In this document: piece after piece, positions 24,994 to 33,616 of the stretch | Numbering within the stretch: the stretch's first letter is position 1 | Layout: every line of letters begins with the position of its first letter | Position numbers and translations under genes: made by a program | Notes under the pieces: model-generated | The model's input: the letters and a program-made list of their open reading frames with translations, nothing else | Told to the model about the DNA's origin: nothing | The model's database searches: none | DNA from: Abditibacteriaceae bacterium | Lineage (GTDB): Bacteria > Armatimonadota > Abditibacteriia > Abditibacteriales > Abditibacteriaceae | Direction of reading: 5' to 3' | DNA length: 37,790 nucleotides | Assembly (NCBI GenBank): GCA_031425655.1 | Contig: JANPJS010000318.1 | Coordinates: 1 to 37,790, forward strand

Positions 24994-27312
24994 TTGAACA
25001 TCTTTTCGCATCCGCGTTTTCGCATCGGCTGGGTTCTCATTGCCATCGCCACCATCAGTTCCATCGGCTGGTCGCTGGTGCGCTGGAATTACGAAAACAG
25101 CCTGGTCAACACGCAACTGACGGTTGATTACGACGACACGCGCTCTTTTGCCGACGCTTCGCAAATGTCGCACGCCGATTTGCTAAGTCAACTGAAAACG
25201 CGCGGCATTAGCAGCGTGGCGATTTACCAGCAAACGCTGGGCAGCCTGCGCGATAACGGACGCATCGTCATTCTCACGCGCGAAGAAGCCGAAACGCAAT
25301 ATCCGCGCGTGGCCTGGAATCGCTACGTTCCGGCTTATCGCTTCGTGATTCTCACCAGCGCCGCGCAAGCGGAACTGCTGCAACAGATTTATAGCCATTT
25401 GCAAGAACAAGCGCAGCCCAGTTTGCCGCTGAAATTGGTGAACTTGACGCCGAATGCGAAGCTGGAATTCTCTGCTCCGCTGCAAGGCATTTTCATTCCG
25501 GCCTCGCGGCAGCTTATTTCCGACGCGCAAGTCGGTTTCGATCCGGCGCAGGTGAAAGTGTTGCAAAAGCTGAATTTGCGAGTCACGGCGCGCCTTTCCA
25601 ACACGCTGAACTTAAATCTCGACCGCTTGCGCCAACGCTTGGACGAAGCGGCGGCGTTGGGCGCCAAAGTCATTATTTTTTCCGAAGACGAAGTGCTCGG
25701 CTATCAATCGCTGATTCCGATGGTTTCGCGTGAATTGAAAAATCGCGGCCTGCTTTTCGGCGCCATCGAGTTTTCCAAGCAGCGCGGCCTTGAAGAAATG
25801 ATGACGCGCAGCGACGGGATGCTGACGCGCGTGCATAGCGTGGCCGGCGACGAGGCGGCGAAGGCCAAAAAGGACGTTTTAGTCGAGCGTTACGTGCGCG
25901 CCATCAAAGAGCGCAACATTCGCGTGGCCTATATTCGCATGGTGCGCCAGCTCAAAGGCGAGTGGGAAATTGATGCCGGACAAGAGCAAAACGCGGCAGG
26001 CGGCGCGCAAGCCACGCTCAAAGACACCGCATTAACGCAAAATCTCAACTTCGTCGCGCAGATTGCGCGCGAACTGAAACAGCCGCCGATTCCCAAGATG
26101 GCGTTTTTGCGTCCCGGCCTGAAAATGTCCGACGCGCACGGCTTCCGCGATTATCCGCGCTCGTGGCTGCTCGATCACGGATTGGGCGAAACCAGCGTTA
26201 AAATCGCGCTGTATTTGATGCGTTTTCTGGCCGGATTGGGCGCGGTGGGCGCGGTGTGGCTGCTGCTGAATTTGTTCCTCGATCTTTCCGTGCGCCAGCG
26301 CATGGACTTGCTTTTTCTGGGAATCGCCTGCTGTGCGATTTTGTCGCTTTCGGCGGGCAAAGGCGCGCAGATTTTGGCTCTTATCGTGGGCTGCACCATG
26401 ACGCCGATTGCTTTATTGTGGGGCGGCCTGGCGGGCGTGTGGGACGCATGGCACCATGAAGGCGTTCGCAATCCCGATAATTTCGTCGAACAAGTGCGGC
26501 CCGGCGCGGCTTTTTCGTTAGCCTGTAGCGTTTTGCTCAGCACTTCAGCTTTAACGCTGTGCGGCGGCCTGATAACCGTCGCTTTGCTCAATAAATGGAC
26601 TTACATGAGCAAAGCCGACGAGTATTTTGGTGAAAAAGGCACGCTGCTGGCGCCGCTGATCATTGTCGGCATTGCTTTCGCGGGCAAGATTTTTCCGCAT
26701 CGCGTGATGGTGGATGGCGCCGCCATCGCACGACAGCATGCCGGCGAGCATTTGAACAAGTTTTTAGACGATGCCTTCACGGTTCGCTATTTAATGATCG
26801 GCTTGCTGGTGGCCGTCGCGGGTTTCGTCTGGATTGCGCGCACCGGCAACGACAGTGGCATGGACATTTCTCCTCTGGAGCTGAAAATGCGCGCTTTTAT
26901 GGAGCAGGTTTTCATTACGCGTCCACGCACCAAAGAAGTCTTCGTGGGCAATCCCGCGCTGGTTTTGGCGGTCTTTTTAGGATTGAAACGTCGCTGGCCG
27001 CTGTTTTTGGGCTTGGTTATGGCCGCGACCATCGGGCAGACCGACCTTTACAACACGATGTGCCACATTCACACACCGCTGTTTTATTCCCTTCTGCGCT
27101 CAGTTCACGCCATTTGGCTGGGCTTATTAATTGGCGGCGCTCTGGTGTGGCTGTGGAATTGGCTGGAGAAATTCCTGCGCCGCCGTGATGAAAATCGTGA
27201 TGACAAGCGTGGGACGCTCGCCGCGGACGCTTTGCCGCGCGCCGACTGGCCGCGTGCGGCATCCGAAACGCCTGCCGAGCCGCTGGTGAATGACCCCGGA
27301 GTCCGCCTGTGA
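24994..27312 (+). CDS. DUF5693 family integral membrane protein
   Basis: IEFSKQRG, RVHS, RYVRAIKERNIR, F.GEK..L.APL, RTGN, RPRTKE..GNP, IGQ..NTMCHIHTP motifs; lies two genes upstream of csaB; TTG start uncertain. Confidence 0.8.
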   Translation: MNIFSHPRFRIGWVLIAIATISSIGWSLVRWNYENSLVNTQLTVDYDDTRSFADASQMSHADLLSQLKTRGISSVAIYQQTLGSLRDNGRIVILTREEAETQYPRVAWNRYVPAYRFVILTSAAQAELLQQIYSHLQEQAQPSLPLKLVNLTPNAKLEFSAPLQGIFIPASRQLISDAQVGFDPAQVKVLQKLNLRVTARLSNTLNLNLDRLRQRLDEAAALGAKVIIFSEDEVLGYQSLIPMVSRELKNRGLLFGAIEFSKQRGLEEMMTRSDGMLTRVHSVAGDEAAKAKKDVLVERYVRAIKERNIRVAYIRMVRQLKGEWEIDAGQEQNAAGGAQATLKDTALTQNLNFVAQIARELKQPPIPKMAFLRPGLKMSDAHGFRDYPRSWLLDHGLGETSVKIALYLMRFLAGLGAVGAVWLLLNLFLDLSVRQRMDLLFLGIACCAILSLSAGKGAQILALIVGCTMTPIALLWGGLAGVWDAWHHEGVRNPDNFVEQVRPGAAFSLACSVLLSTSALTLCGGLITVALLNKWTYMSKADEYFGEKGTLLAPLIIVGIAFAGKIFPHRVMVDGAAIARQHAGEHLNKFLDDAFTVRYLMIGLLVAVAGFVWIARTGNDSGMDISPLELKMRAFMEQVFITRPRTKEVFVGNPALVLAVFLGLKRRWPLFLGLVMAATIGQTDLYNTMCHIHTPLFYSLLRSVHAIWLGLLIGGALVWLWNWLEKFLRRRDENRDDKRGTLAADALPRADWPRAASETPAEPLVNDPGVRL

Positions 27313-27331
27313 AATCGGGGCGATGCTTGCC

Positions 27332-28264
27332 ATGAGCTATTTGCTGGTAGTGGACGACCACGACGATTTACGCGCCGCCGTCTGCCTGCTGTTGCGTATG
27401 GCCGGTCACGAGGTGGCGATGGCCGCCGATGGCCGGCAAGCCTTAGCCAGCGTCAGCGAGCGCGAGCCTGATCTCATCGTGCTCGACTTGTGGATGCCCG
27501 GCATGAGCGGTTTTGCGGTGTGTCGCGTATTGAAGCAAAATCCATTTACGGCGCGCATTCCGGTCTTGATGTTGACGGCGCAAAGCGACGTAGAACACAA
27601 AGTCGAAGGCTTCGAGGCCGGGGCCGACGATTATTTAGCTAAGCCTTTCGAGCCGCGCGAATTGCAGGCGCGCGTGACTTCGCTCTTGCGTTTAGTGCAG
27701 CGCGAAGGCGAACGCAATCCATCGAGCGGTTTGCCCGGAGGACTGGCTATCGAGGCCGAAATCGCGCGGCGTTTGGCTTTGCAGCGCGAAAACGGCGCGG
27801 CTTTTTGCGTGGGATACCTCGATCTCGATCATTTCAAGTCCTTCGCCGACACATTTGGATTCGCCGTCGCCGATCAGGTGATTCGTGCCACGGGGCCGGC
27901 GCTACGACGTGCCCTGAAATCGTGCGGCGCTCCCGACGACTTCGCTGGACACATTGGCGGCGACGATTTTATCATCGTCACCAGCGCCGAAATCGCGGAA
28001 AGCGTGGCGCACGCTACTGCGCTCGAATTCCGCCGCGCCGTCGCCGAAGCCATCGGAATCGAAGCCGTTCAGTGCAACACTTTTCGGGGACGCGACCGGC
28101 AAGGCCAGGAGCGCGATTTTCCAGTCGCGTGCCTTGCATCTATTATGCTTATCGTCGAGGCCGGGCGTTGGGTTTCGTTTCCCGCTTTAGGCGAGCGCGC
28201 CGCCGATTTGAAACGCGATGCCAAAGCCAACGGCGCCGGGGCGATATTAATGGCGAACTTGTGA
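27332..28264 (+). CDS. Response regulator receiver plus GGDEF-type domain (GGDDF variant)
   Basis: VVDD, LDLWMP, MLTA, DDYLAKPF; NPSSGLPG, YLDLDHFK, GHIGGDDF; alternative start 27323. Confidence 0.88.
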   Translation: MSYLLVVDDHDDLRAAVCLLLRMAGHEVAMAADGRQALASVSEREPDLIVLDLWMPGMSGFAVCRVLKQNPFTARIPVLMLTAQSDVEHKVEGFEAGADDYLAKPFEPRELQARVTSLLRLVQREGERNPSSGLPGGLAIEAEIARRLALQRENGAAFCVGYLDLDHFKSFADTFGFAVADQVIRATGPALRRALKSCGAPDDFAGHIGGDDFIIVTSAEIAESVAHATALEFRRAVAEAIGIEAVQCNTFRGRDRQGQERDFPVACLASIMLIVEAGRWVSFPALGERAADLKRDAKANGAGAILMANL

Positions 28265-28284
28265 AAATGCGGCTTTGGGGCTTA

Positions 28285-28523
28285 GAAGCAGTCTGAGAAT
28301 AGTCATTAATCCTGAGTTGAGCCGCTTTTCAATAGGACGCGGAGCTTCGCTATCCGACCCGCAAGCGGGTGCCCCGATTTCATGCGCGGATTTTCGCGGA
28401 TTTCTTTTCTGCAAAACCGCGCCTTCAAAGCCGTTTCGGGCGCCCTCTGGGCAGGATAGCGAAGCTCCGCGTCCCATTAAAAAGTCTTTGGTGTTACTCT
28501 GTAACCAATTCTCAGACAGCTTC
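28285..28523. mobile_element. MITE-like element with 16-bp TIRs (GAAGCWGTCTGAGAAT) enclosing a family-D palindromic pair with two mini insertions
   Basis: TIRs at 28285-28300 and 28508-28523 (1 mismatch); flanks TTA/ATA; internal pair 28331-28478; mini repeat copy 5 at 28437-28455. Confidence 0.7.
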
Positions 28524-28536
28524 ATAAATTCCCATT

Positions 28537-29640
28537 GTGAACTTCTTTCTTTCCGGCTATTACGGCTACGACAACGCGGGCGACGAAGCGGTTTTAGCGG
28601 CGATTCTCGATCACATCGGCGCGCTAAAGCCGCAGGGCAGTTTCACCGTCACGGCGGGCGATGCGGCGCGCGTTGAGCAAAATCACGGCGGCGGACGGAA
28701 TTTGCGCGCCATTGGGCGCCAGAATCCCAAGCAGCTTGTCCCGGCGATTCGCGCCTGCGACGTGTTCATTTCGGGCGGCGGCAGCTTGTTGCAAGACGTG
28801 ACCAGCGTGCGCAACGTGGTGTATTACACGTCGCTGATTCGCTTCGCGCGCTTGTCGCGCAAGCCGGTGATGATTTACGCGCAGGGCGTCGGCCCGCTGC
28901 GCAAGCGCTTTTCGCAAAAGCTGGCACGCGCCGCGATGCAAAGCGCTCGTGTCATCACGCTGCGCGACGACGATTCCGCTGCTTTAGTGAGAAAACTGGG
29001 CGTGACAAGAAAAATCGAAGTCACCGCCGACCCGGTGTGGGCGCTCGGAGGGATGAGGGATGAGGGCGGAGGGATGAAAAGGGCGCTTCGCGCCGAAGGC
29101 GCCGCTTCATCCCTCATCCCTCATCCCTCATCCCTCATTTGGACGGTTGCTTTGCGTTCGTGGCCGGGCGAGCAGGGCAGTGAATCCACGGCGCGCTTCG
29201 TGACGGCTTTGCGCGCGGCGGCGCAAGCGGCAGAGGCGCGGCTGCGCTTTCTGCCGATGCAACATCCGGCGGATTTTGCTATCTTGCAAGGGGCCGGTGT
29301 GAAAGACGACGAGATTGACGGCGCGCCCTGGCAGCATCCGCGCCAAACCATGACGCAAATCGGCGCGTGCGACGTGGTTATCGCCATGCGCTTGCACGCT
29401 TTGATTTTCGCCGCAGCGCAAAGCGTGCCCTGTGTGGCTGTCAATTATGATCCGAAAGTGCAGTCGTTGGCGCAGCGCATCGGCGCGCCGCTGATAGGAA
29501 GCGCTTCGCCGGACGATTTGGCGGGTCTGCAAAGTGCCATTGCGTCCGCGAAACCGATTGACGCCGGCGTGTTAAGCGAATTGCAAACCAAAGCGCGCCG
29601 CAACGCCGAATTAGCTGTTGGAGTGACGAATTACGATTGA
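28537..29640 (+). CDS. csaB: Polysaccharide pyruvyl transferase CsaB
   Basis: SGYYGYDNAGDEA, ISGGGSLLQDVTS.RN..YY, AQGVGPL, LRD..S, ADP, MRLHALI, YDPKV. Confidence 0.92.
   Translation: MNFFLSGYYGYDNAGDEAVLAAILDHIGALKPQGSFTVTAGDAARVEQNHGGGRNLRAIGRQNPKQLVPAIRACDVFISGGGSLLQDVTSVRNVVYYTSLIRFARLSRKPVMIYAQGVGPLRKRFSQKLARAAMQSARVITLRDDDSAALVRKLGVTRKIEVTADPVWALGGMRDEGGGMKRALRAEGAASSLIPHPSSLIWTVALRSWPGEQGSESTARFVTALRAAAQAAEARLRFLPMQHPADFAILQGAGVKDDEIDGAPWQHPRQTMTQIGACDVVIAMRLHALIFAAAQSVPCVAVNYDPKVQSLAQRIGAPLIGSASPDDLAGLQSAIASAKPIDAGVLSELQTKARRNAELAVGVTNYD
29048..29138. repeat. In-frame heptamer tandem-repeat hairpin (GAGGGAT)n/(TCATCCC)n inside csaB
   Basis: Four GAGGGAT-type units at 29048-29075 and four TCATCCC units at 29107-29134. 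Confidence 0.9.
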
Positions 29641-29701
29641 CGAATTACGATTGACGATTTTCGGGCGCCCAACTCGTCAATCGTAATTCGTCAATCGTCA
29701 C
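29624..29701. repeat. Heptamer tandem-repeat hairpin (TGACGAA/TTACGAT)n overlapping the csaB stop codon
   Basis: Five units at 29624-29658 mirrored by TCGTCAA/TCGTAAT units at 29674-29701. Confidence 0.88.
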
Positions 29702-29706
29702 TTACG

Positions 29707-30345
29707 ATGTCTTGTATTTTTCTGATTCGCCACGGCGAAGTCGAGGGCAATTACGGGCCGGAGCGCAGTTTTACCGGCTGGGGCGATAAGCCTTTGACGC
29801 CGCGCGGCGAAGCGCAAGCGCAAGCTGTCGCCGGGCGTTTGGCGCGCGAGCCGCTCAAAGCCATATATTCCTCGGATTTGCAGCGGGCGCACGCGACGGC
29901 AGCCGCCATCGCCGCGAAACATGGTTTGGAAGTGGTGGACGACCGTGCTTTGCGCGAAGTGAATTACGGCTTGTGGGAAGGGCTGGGCGACAAGCAATTG
30001 CTCGAAGAATGGGGCGATTTGTGGCGTCGGCGCGTGGCCGATCCGCAAAACGTGGCGCCGCCCGAAGGCGAAAGCTACGCCGATTTGTGGAAGCGTCTGG
30101 AACCGGCGTGGACGCGCATTCTTCAAGCGCACCCCGACGAAACCGTCGCAATCGTGGGGCATAACGGCAGTTTGCGCTTGCTGCTGTGCCATTTGTTGGG
30201 CGCGCCGGCCTCGAATGCGCGGCACATTCGCTTGATGAATACGAGCATTTCGAGCGTGGAAAACGAGCGAAATCCGATGGAAACCGGCACATCGCGGCTC
30301 GTCATAACCGGAATTAACGATACCTGCCATCTGGCGGGAATTTAA
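29707..30345 (+). CDS. Histidine phosphatase (phosphoglycerate mutase/CobC-like) family protein
   Basis: LIRHGE, YSSDLQRA, LREVNYGLWEG, PEGES, VGHNG. Confidence 0.9.
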   Translation: MSCIFLIRHGEVEGNYGPERSFTGWGDKPLTPRGEAQAQAVAGRLAREPLKAIYSSDLQRAHATAAAIAAKHGLEVVDDRALREVNYGLWEGLGDKQLLEEWGDLWRRRVADPQNVAPPEGESYADLWKRLEPAWTRILQAHPDETVAIVGHNGSLRLLLCHLLGAPASNARHIRLMNTSISSVENERNPMETGTSRLVITGINDTCHLAGI

Positions 30346-30365
30346 CTTGAGGAAACCAAAGAAGC

Positions 30366-32090
30366 ATGGCAGTAAACGATAAAAACAAGCCGGCGACCGC
30401 GCCGATCAACGCCAAAACCCGTCATTCGACGGAAGACGATGCCTATCCCGGCACCCCGCTGTCTCTCACCGGCATTCGCGGCCATCTCACCAAGAGCGTG
30501 CTGTGGAAAATGGTGTTGGGTCTGCTGATTTTCATTTTCGCGGTCGGCTTTGCCATTACCGCGATTGCGCCGCCCAGCGGCCCCGGCGGCGCGCCGCGCG
30601 GCGGCGGGCCTGCGCGCGTGGCGACCGTCGGCAATCAAGTGGTGGATCGCACCGCGTTTGAAAACACGGCCAATCAGCAAGTCGAAATGATGGCGCAATT
30701 CGGCCAGAAAACCGACCCGACCAGCCTGATGGGTCTGCGCCAGCGCGCTTTAGACGGCCTCGTTCAAAACGCGACTGAATATGATGTCGCGGTCGAGCAA
30801 GGTTTCACGCCGTCCGGCAGCGAAGTGGACGCCGAAATCGAAAAGAAAATCAAGGAATACGTCAAAGCGCAGGAAGGCACCAATCCGACGGCGTTTCGCC
30901 GCCAGATGGAAGCGCAATTCGGCTCGATGGCAAAGTTCGAGGAAAATGCGCGCAAGAACATGAACGCGCAGCGCGAAGGCGTTGCCAAAGAATTGGCCAT
31001 CGAAAAGCTGAAAAAGAGCATTCAGGACAAAAACGTCGTCACCGAAGCCGATTACAAGAAAAGCGTCACCAAACTTGATCTTTACCAGATCACTATTCGC
31101 CCCAAGCCGATTGATCCGGTCAAAGACAAAGACGTGAAAGCCGCGACCGACAAGCACAAGGCCGAGGCCAAAACACGCGCCGAAAAATTGGCCGCCAGCC
31201 TGAAAAACGCCGATCTTGCGACCTTCAAGGCCACCGCGCAAAAAGAAAGCGACGACACCGTCACCAAAGCCAAAGGCGGCGCGCTCGGTTTGAAATTGGT
31301 TTCCGACCCCAGCTTTTCCGCGCCGCAAGCGGAAAAGGACGCGATTGAAAAAGCGACCGGCAAAATCGTCGGGCCGCTGGAAAACGAATACAACGGCGGT
31401 TTCGACATCTTTTTCATCAACGGACGCAAGGAAGATTTGCCCAAAGACTTCGCCAAAAAGAAAGCGGAACTGGTCAAAACTTACGAAACGACCAAAGATG
31501 ACGAGGCGTGGCGGAAATACAGCGAAGAGTTGAAGAAAACGCGCACGGCGGAGATTCTCGACCCGTCGCTTCAGGCTTACAAAATCCAGATGGAAAAGCT
31601 CGCTACGGCGTCGCCCGATCAGCAAAAAACGCTGCGGGCCGATGCTCTGGCGAAATATCAGGAAGCGTTAGCCACAGCCGGCCCTGAAGAATCGGCGGCG
31701 CTGCATTATCAGATGGCGCAGCTTTATTTGATGGATTCGCAATCCGCCAAACATATCGAATCGCTGGAAGCCGCCGTCAAGGAAAGCAACGACGCCACGC
31801 TGCGCGTTCAACTCGCCGGCGCTTTGCACACCGCCAAGCGCAGCAAGGAAGCTCTCGACCAGTTGAAAGAAGCCTCAAAGCGCATAGACGAAAATCCGTC
31901 GCCGCCCTCGCCCTTTGGCGGCGGCAACCCGGACGACGGCCTGCGAATGCAAATCGCCAGCACTTACGATATGCTCGGCAAAAAAGACCTCGCTTTGGCC
32001 GAGCGAAAAAAAATCAAGCCCGCCGCGCCGGGGGGAATGGGCGGAATGGGCGGCAGCAGTCCGTTCAACATTCAACCGCAAATTCGTTGA
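30366..32090 (+). CDS. Membrane-anchored SurA/PrsA-like chaperone with parvulin-like segment and C-terminal TPR-like helices
   Basis: N-terminal TM, VATVGNQVV, helical SurA-N-like region, F..TAQKESDD..TKAKGGALG parvulin-like motif, helical tail. Confidence 0.7.
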   Translation: MAVNDKNKPATAPINAKTRHSTEDDAYPGTPLSLTGIRGHLTKSVLWKMVLGLLIFIFAVGFAITAIAPPSGPGGAPRGGGPARVATVGNQVVDRTAFENTANQQVEMMAQFGQKTDPTSLMGLRQRALDGLVQNATEYDVAVEQGFTPSGSEVDAEIEKKIKEYVKAQEGTNPTAFRRQMEAQFGSMAKFEENARKNMNAQREGVAKELAIEKLKKSIQDKNVVTEADYKKSVTKLDLYQITIRPKPIDPVKDKDVKAATDKHKAEAKTRAEKLAASLKNADLATFKATAQKESDDTVTKAKGGALGLKLVSDPSFSAPQAEKDAIEKATGKIVGPLENEYNGGFDIFFINGRKEDLPKDFAKKKAELVKTYETTKDDEAWRKYSEELKKTRTAEILDPSLQAYKIQMEKLATASPDQQKTLRADALAKYQEALATAGPEESAALHYQMAQLYLMDSQSAKHIESLEAAVKESNDATLRVQLAGALHTAKRSKEALDQLKEASKRIDENPSPPSPFGGGNPDDGLRMQIASTYDMLGKKDLALAERKKIKPAAPGGMGGMGGSSPFNIQPQIR

Positions 32091-32237
32091 ACATACGCCA
32101 GTTGAAACCGGCGGCTGGAAGAGCGAACTCCGCCTTCGCGGACTTCAAAATTCTTTGACAGCCTGCGAAGGCAGGCTTCGCATCTTCAGCGGTCGGTTTT
32201 AACCGGCCTGAGAGGTCAACCGCAAATCCGTTAAACA
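32072..32237. repeat. Family-B palindromic pair (32098-32207) flanked by a 22-bp direct repeat of the gene 3' end
   Basis: TCAACCGCAAATTCGTTGAACA (32072-32093) versus TCAACCGCAAATCCGTTAAACA (32216-32237). Confidence 0.85.
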
Positions 32238-32266
32238 AAAGGCACGGCTTCCCCGCCGTGCCTTTT
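32237..32266 (+). terminator. Rho-independent terminator
   Basis: AAAAGGCACGGC-TTCCCC-GCCGTGCCTTTT. Confidence 0.8.
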
Positions 32267-32315
32267 CGTTGCGGGACGTTATTTTATGCCACCCTGCTAT
32301 TTGGCGCCGTTTGGT

Positions 32316-32438
32316 GCCCGGCGGCTGAAGCCGCAGGCAACAACGGCACGAAGCCTCCCTGCGGAGGCTCAACTTTTTAATTTTTAGCCTCCGCAGGGAG
32401 GCTTCGTGCCGTTGTTGCCGCGACTTTAGTCGCCGGGC
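32316..32438. repeat. Family-B palindromic repeat pair upstream of deoB
   Basis: GGCAACAACGGCACGAAGCCTCCCTGCGGAGGCT and its reverse complement; the GTTGCCGCGA..TT..TCGCCGGGC end is shared with 24782-24806. Confidence 0.88.
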
Positions 32439-32464
32439 CGATAGGTAGCAAGTCAGGCTCTTTT

Positions 32465-33616
32465 ATGCCACGCGTGCTTTTGCTGATTCTCGACGGCGTT
32501 GGCTGCGGCGCCGCGCCGGACGCCGAAATCTACGGCGACAGCGGCGCCGACACGCTCGGCCACATTTTCGCCGCGTGCTCCGATTTGCGTTTGCCGACAC
32601 TGTGCTCGCTCGGTCTTGACAACGTGCTTGGCGTATCCGACCGAACGCCGCGCGCCGGTTGGGGCCGCATGATCGAGCAGTCGGCGGGCAAAGATTCCAC
32701 GACCGGCCATTGGGAATTGGCCGGCGTAATTACCAAAAAGCCGTTCGCCGTCTTCGATAAATTTCCGCCGGAAATCGTGACCGCATTGGAACGCGAGTGC
32801 GGCACGCGCTTTTTGGGCAACTACGCGCGCAGCGGCACGGTGATATTAGATGAACTCGGCGCCGCGCATCTGCAAATTGGTCTGCCGATTCTCTACACCA
32901 GCGCCGATTCGGTGATGCAAATCGCCGCGCACGAAAATGTAATCCCGCTGGAACAACTTTATGAAATCTGCCGCGCCGCACGTCGCATCGCCGACGAATG
33001 GAACATCGGGCGCGTCATCGCGCGGCCTTTTGTCGGCGAAATCGGCGACTTTGCGCGCACCGGCAATCGCCACGATTTCTCCCTTGTTCCGCCGCGCACG
33101 GTTTTGAACGCGCTGTGCGAGGCCGGTCATTCGGTTATCGGCGTTGGCAAAGTCGCTGATTTGTTCGCGGGAAGCGGCTTTTCCGAATCGTTCGCTACGC
33201 AGTCGAACTCCGAAGGCATGGCGCGCATCGAAACTTTGTGGAAAACGCGGAAAAACGGCTTGATTTTCGCCAATTTAGTGGATTTCGATATGCTTTTCGG
33301 CCATCGCCGCGACGTTCTCGGCTTTGCCCGCGCATTGGAAGAATTCGATCTGTGGCTGGCGAGATTTCTTCTGCAATTGCGCCCCGATGATTTGCTGATA
33401 ATCACCGCCGATCACGGCAACGATCCGACGTTTCGCGGCAGCGATCACACGCGCGAAACCGTGCCTTTGCTCGTGGTTTCCGAGTTCACGCGCCAAAACC
33501 CGCAATGTTTTGGCTGGCGCGCGTCGTTCGCCGATGTCGCGGCAACGCTTTCGCAATGGTTTAAAATAGAAACGTGGCCCGTCGGCGTGCCGCTGAAAAT
33601 AAAGGATATTGAATGA
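32465..33616 (+). CDS. deoB: Phosphopentomutase
   Basis: LILDGVGCG, GKDSTTGHWEL, YTSADSV.QIAAHE, GRVIARPF, NLVDFDMLFGHRRD, TADHGNDPT, DHTRE. Confidence 0.95.
   Translation: MPRVLLLILDGVGCGAAPDAEIYGDSGADTLGHIFAACSDLRLPTLCSLGLDNVLGVSDRTPRAGWGRMIEQSAGKDSTTGHWELAGVITKKPFAVFDKFPPEIVTALERECGTRFLGNYARSGTVILDELGAAHLQIGLPILYTSADSVMQIAAHENVIPLEQLYEICRAARRIADEWNIGRVIARPFVGEIGDFARTGNRHDFSLVPPRTVLNALCEAGHSVIGVGKVADLFAGSGFSESFATQSNSEGMARIETLWKTRKNGLIFANLVDFDMLFGHRRDVLGFARALEEFDLWLARFLLQLRPDDLLIITADHGNDPTFRGSDHTRETVPLLVVSEFTRQNPQCFGWRASFADVAATLSQWFKIETWPVGVPLKIKDIE

Noticed and set aside
28247..28676. ORFs spanning the GGDEF-csaB gap
   Set aside because: Translations of the MITE/repeat; the same SEAPR peptide appears from the repeat at 34572
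29048..29701. Short tandem repeats as a possible CRISPR array
   Set aside because: 7-bp units without unique spacers; no cas genes in the window
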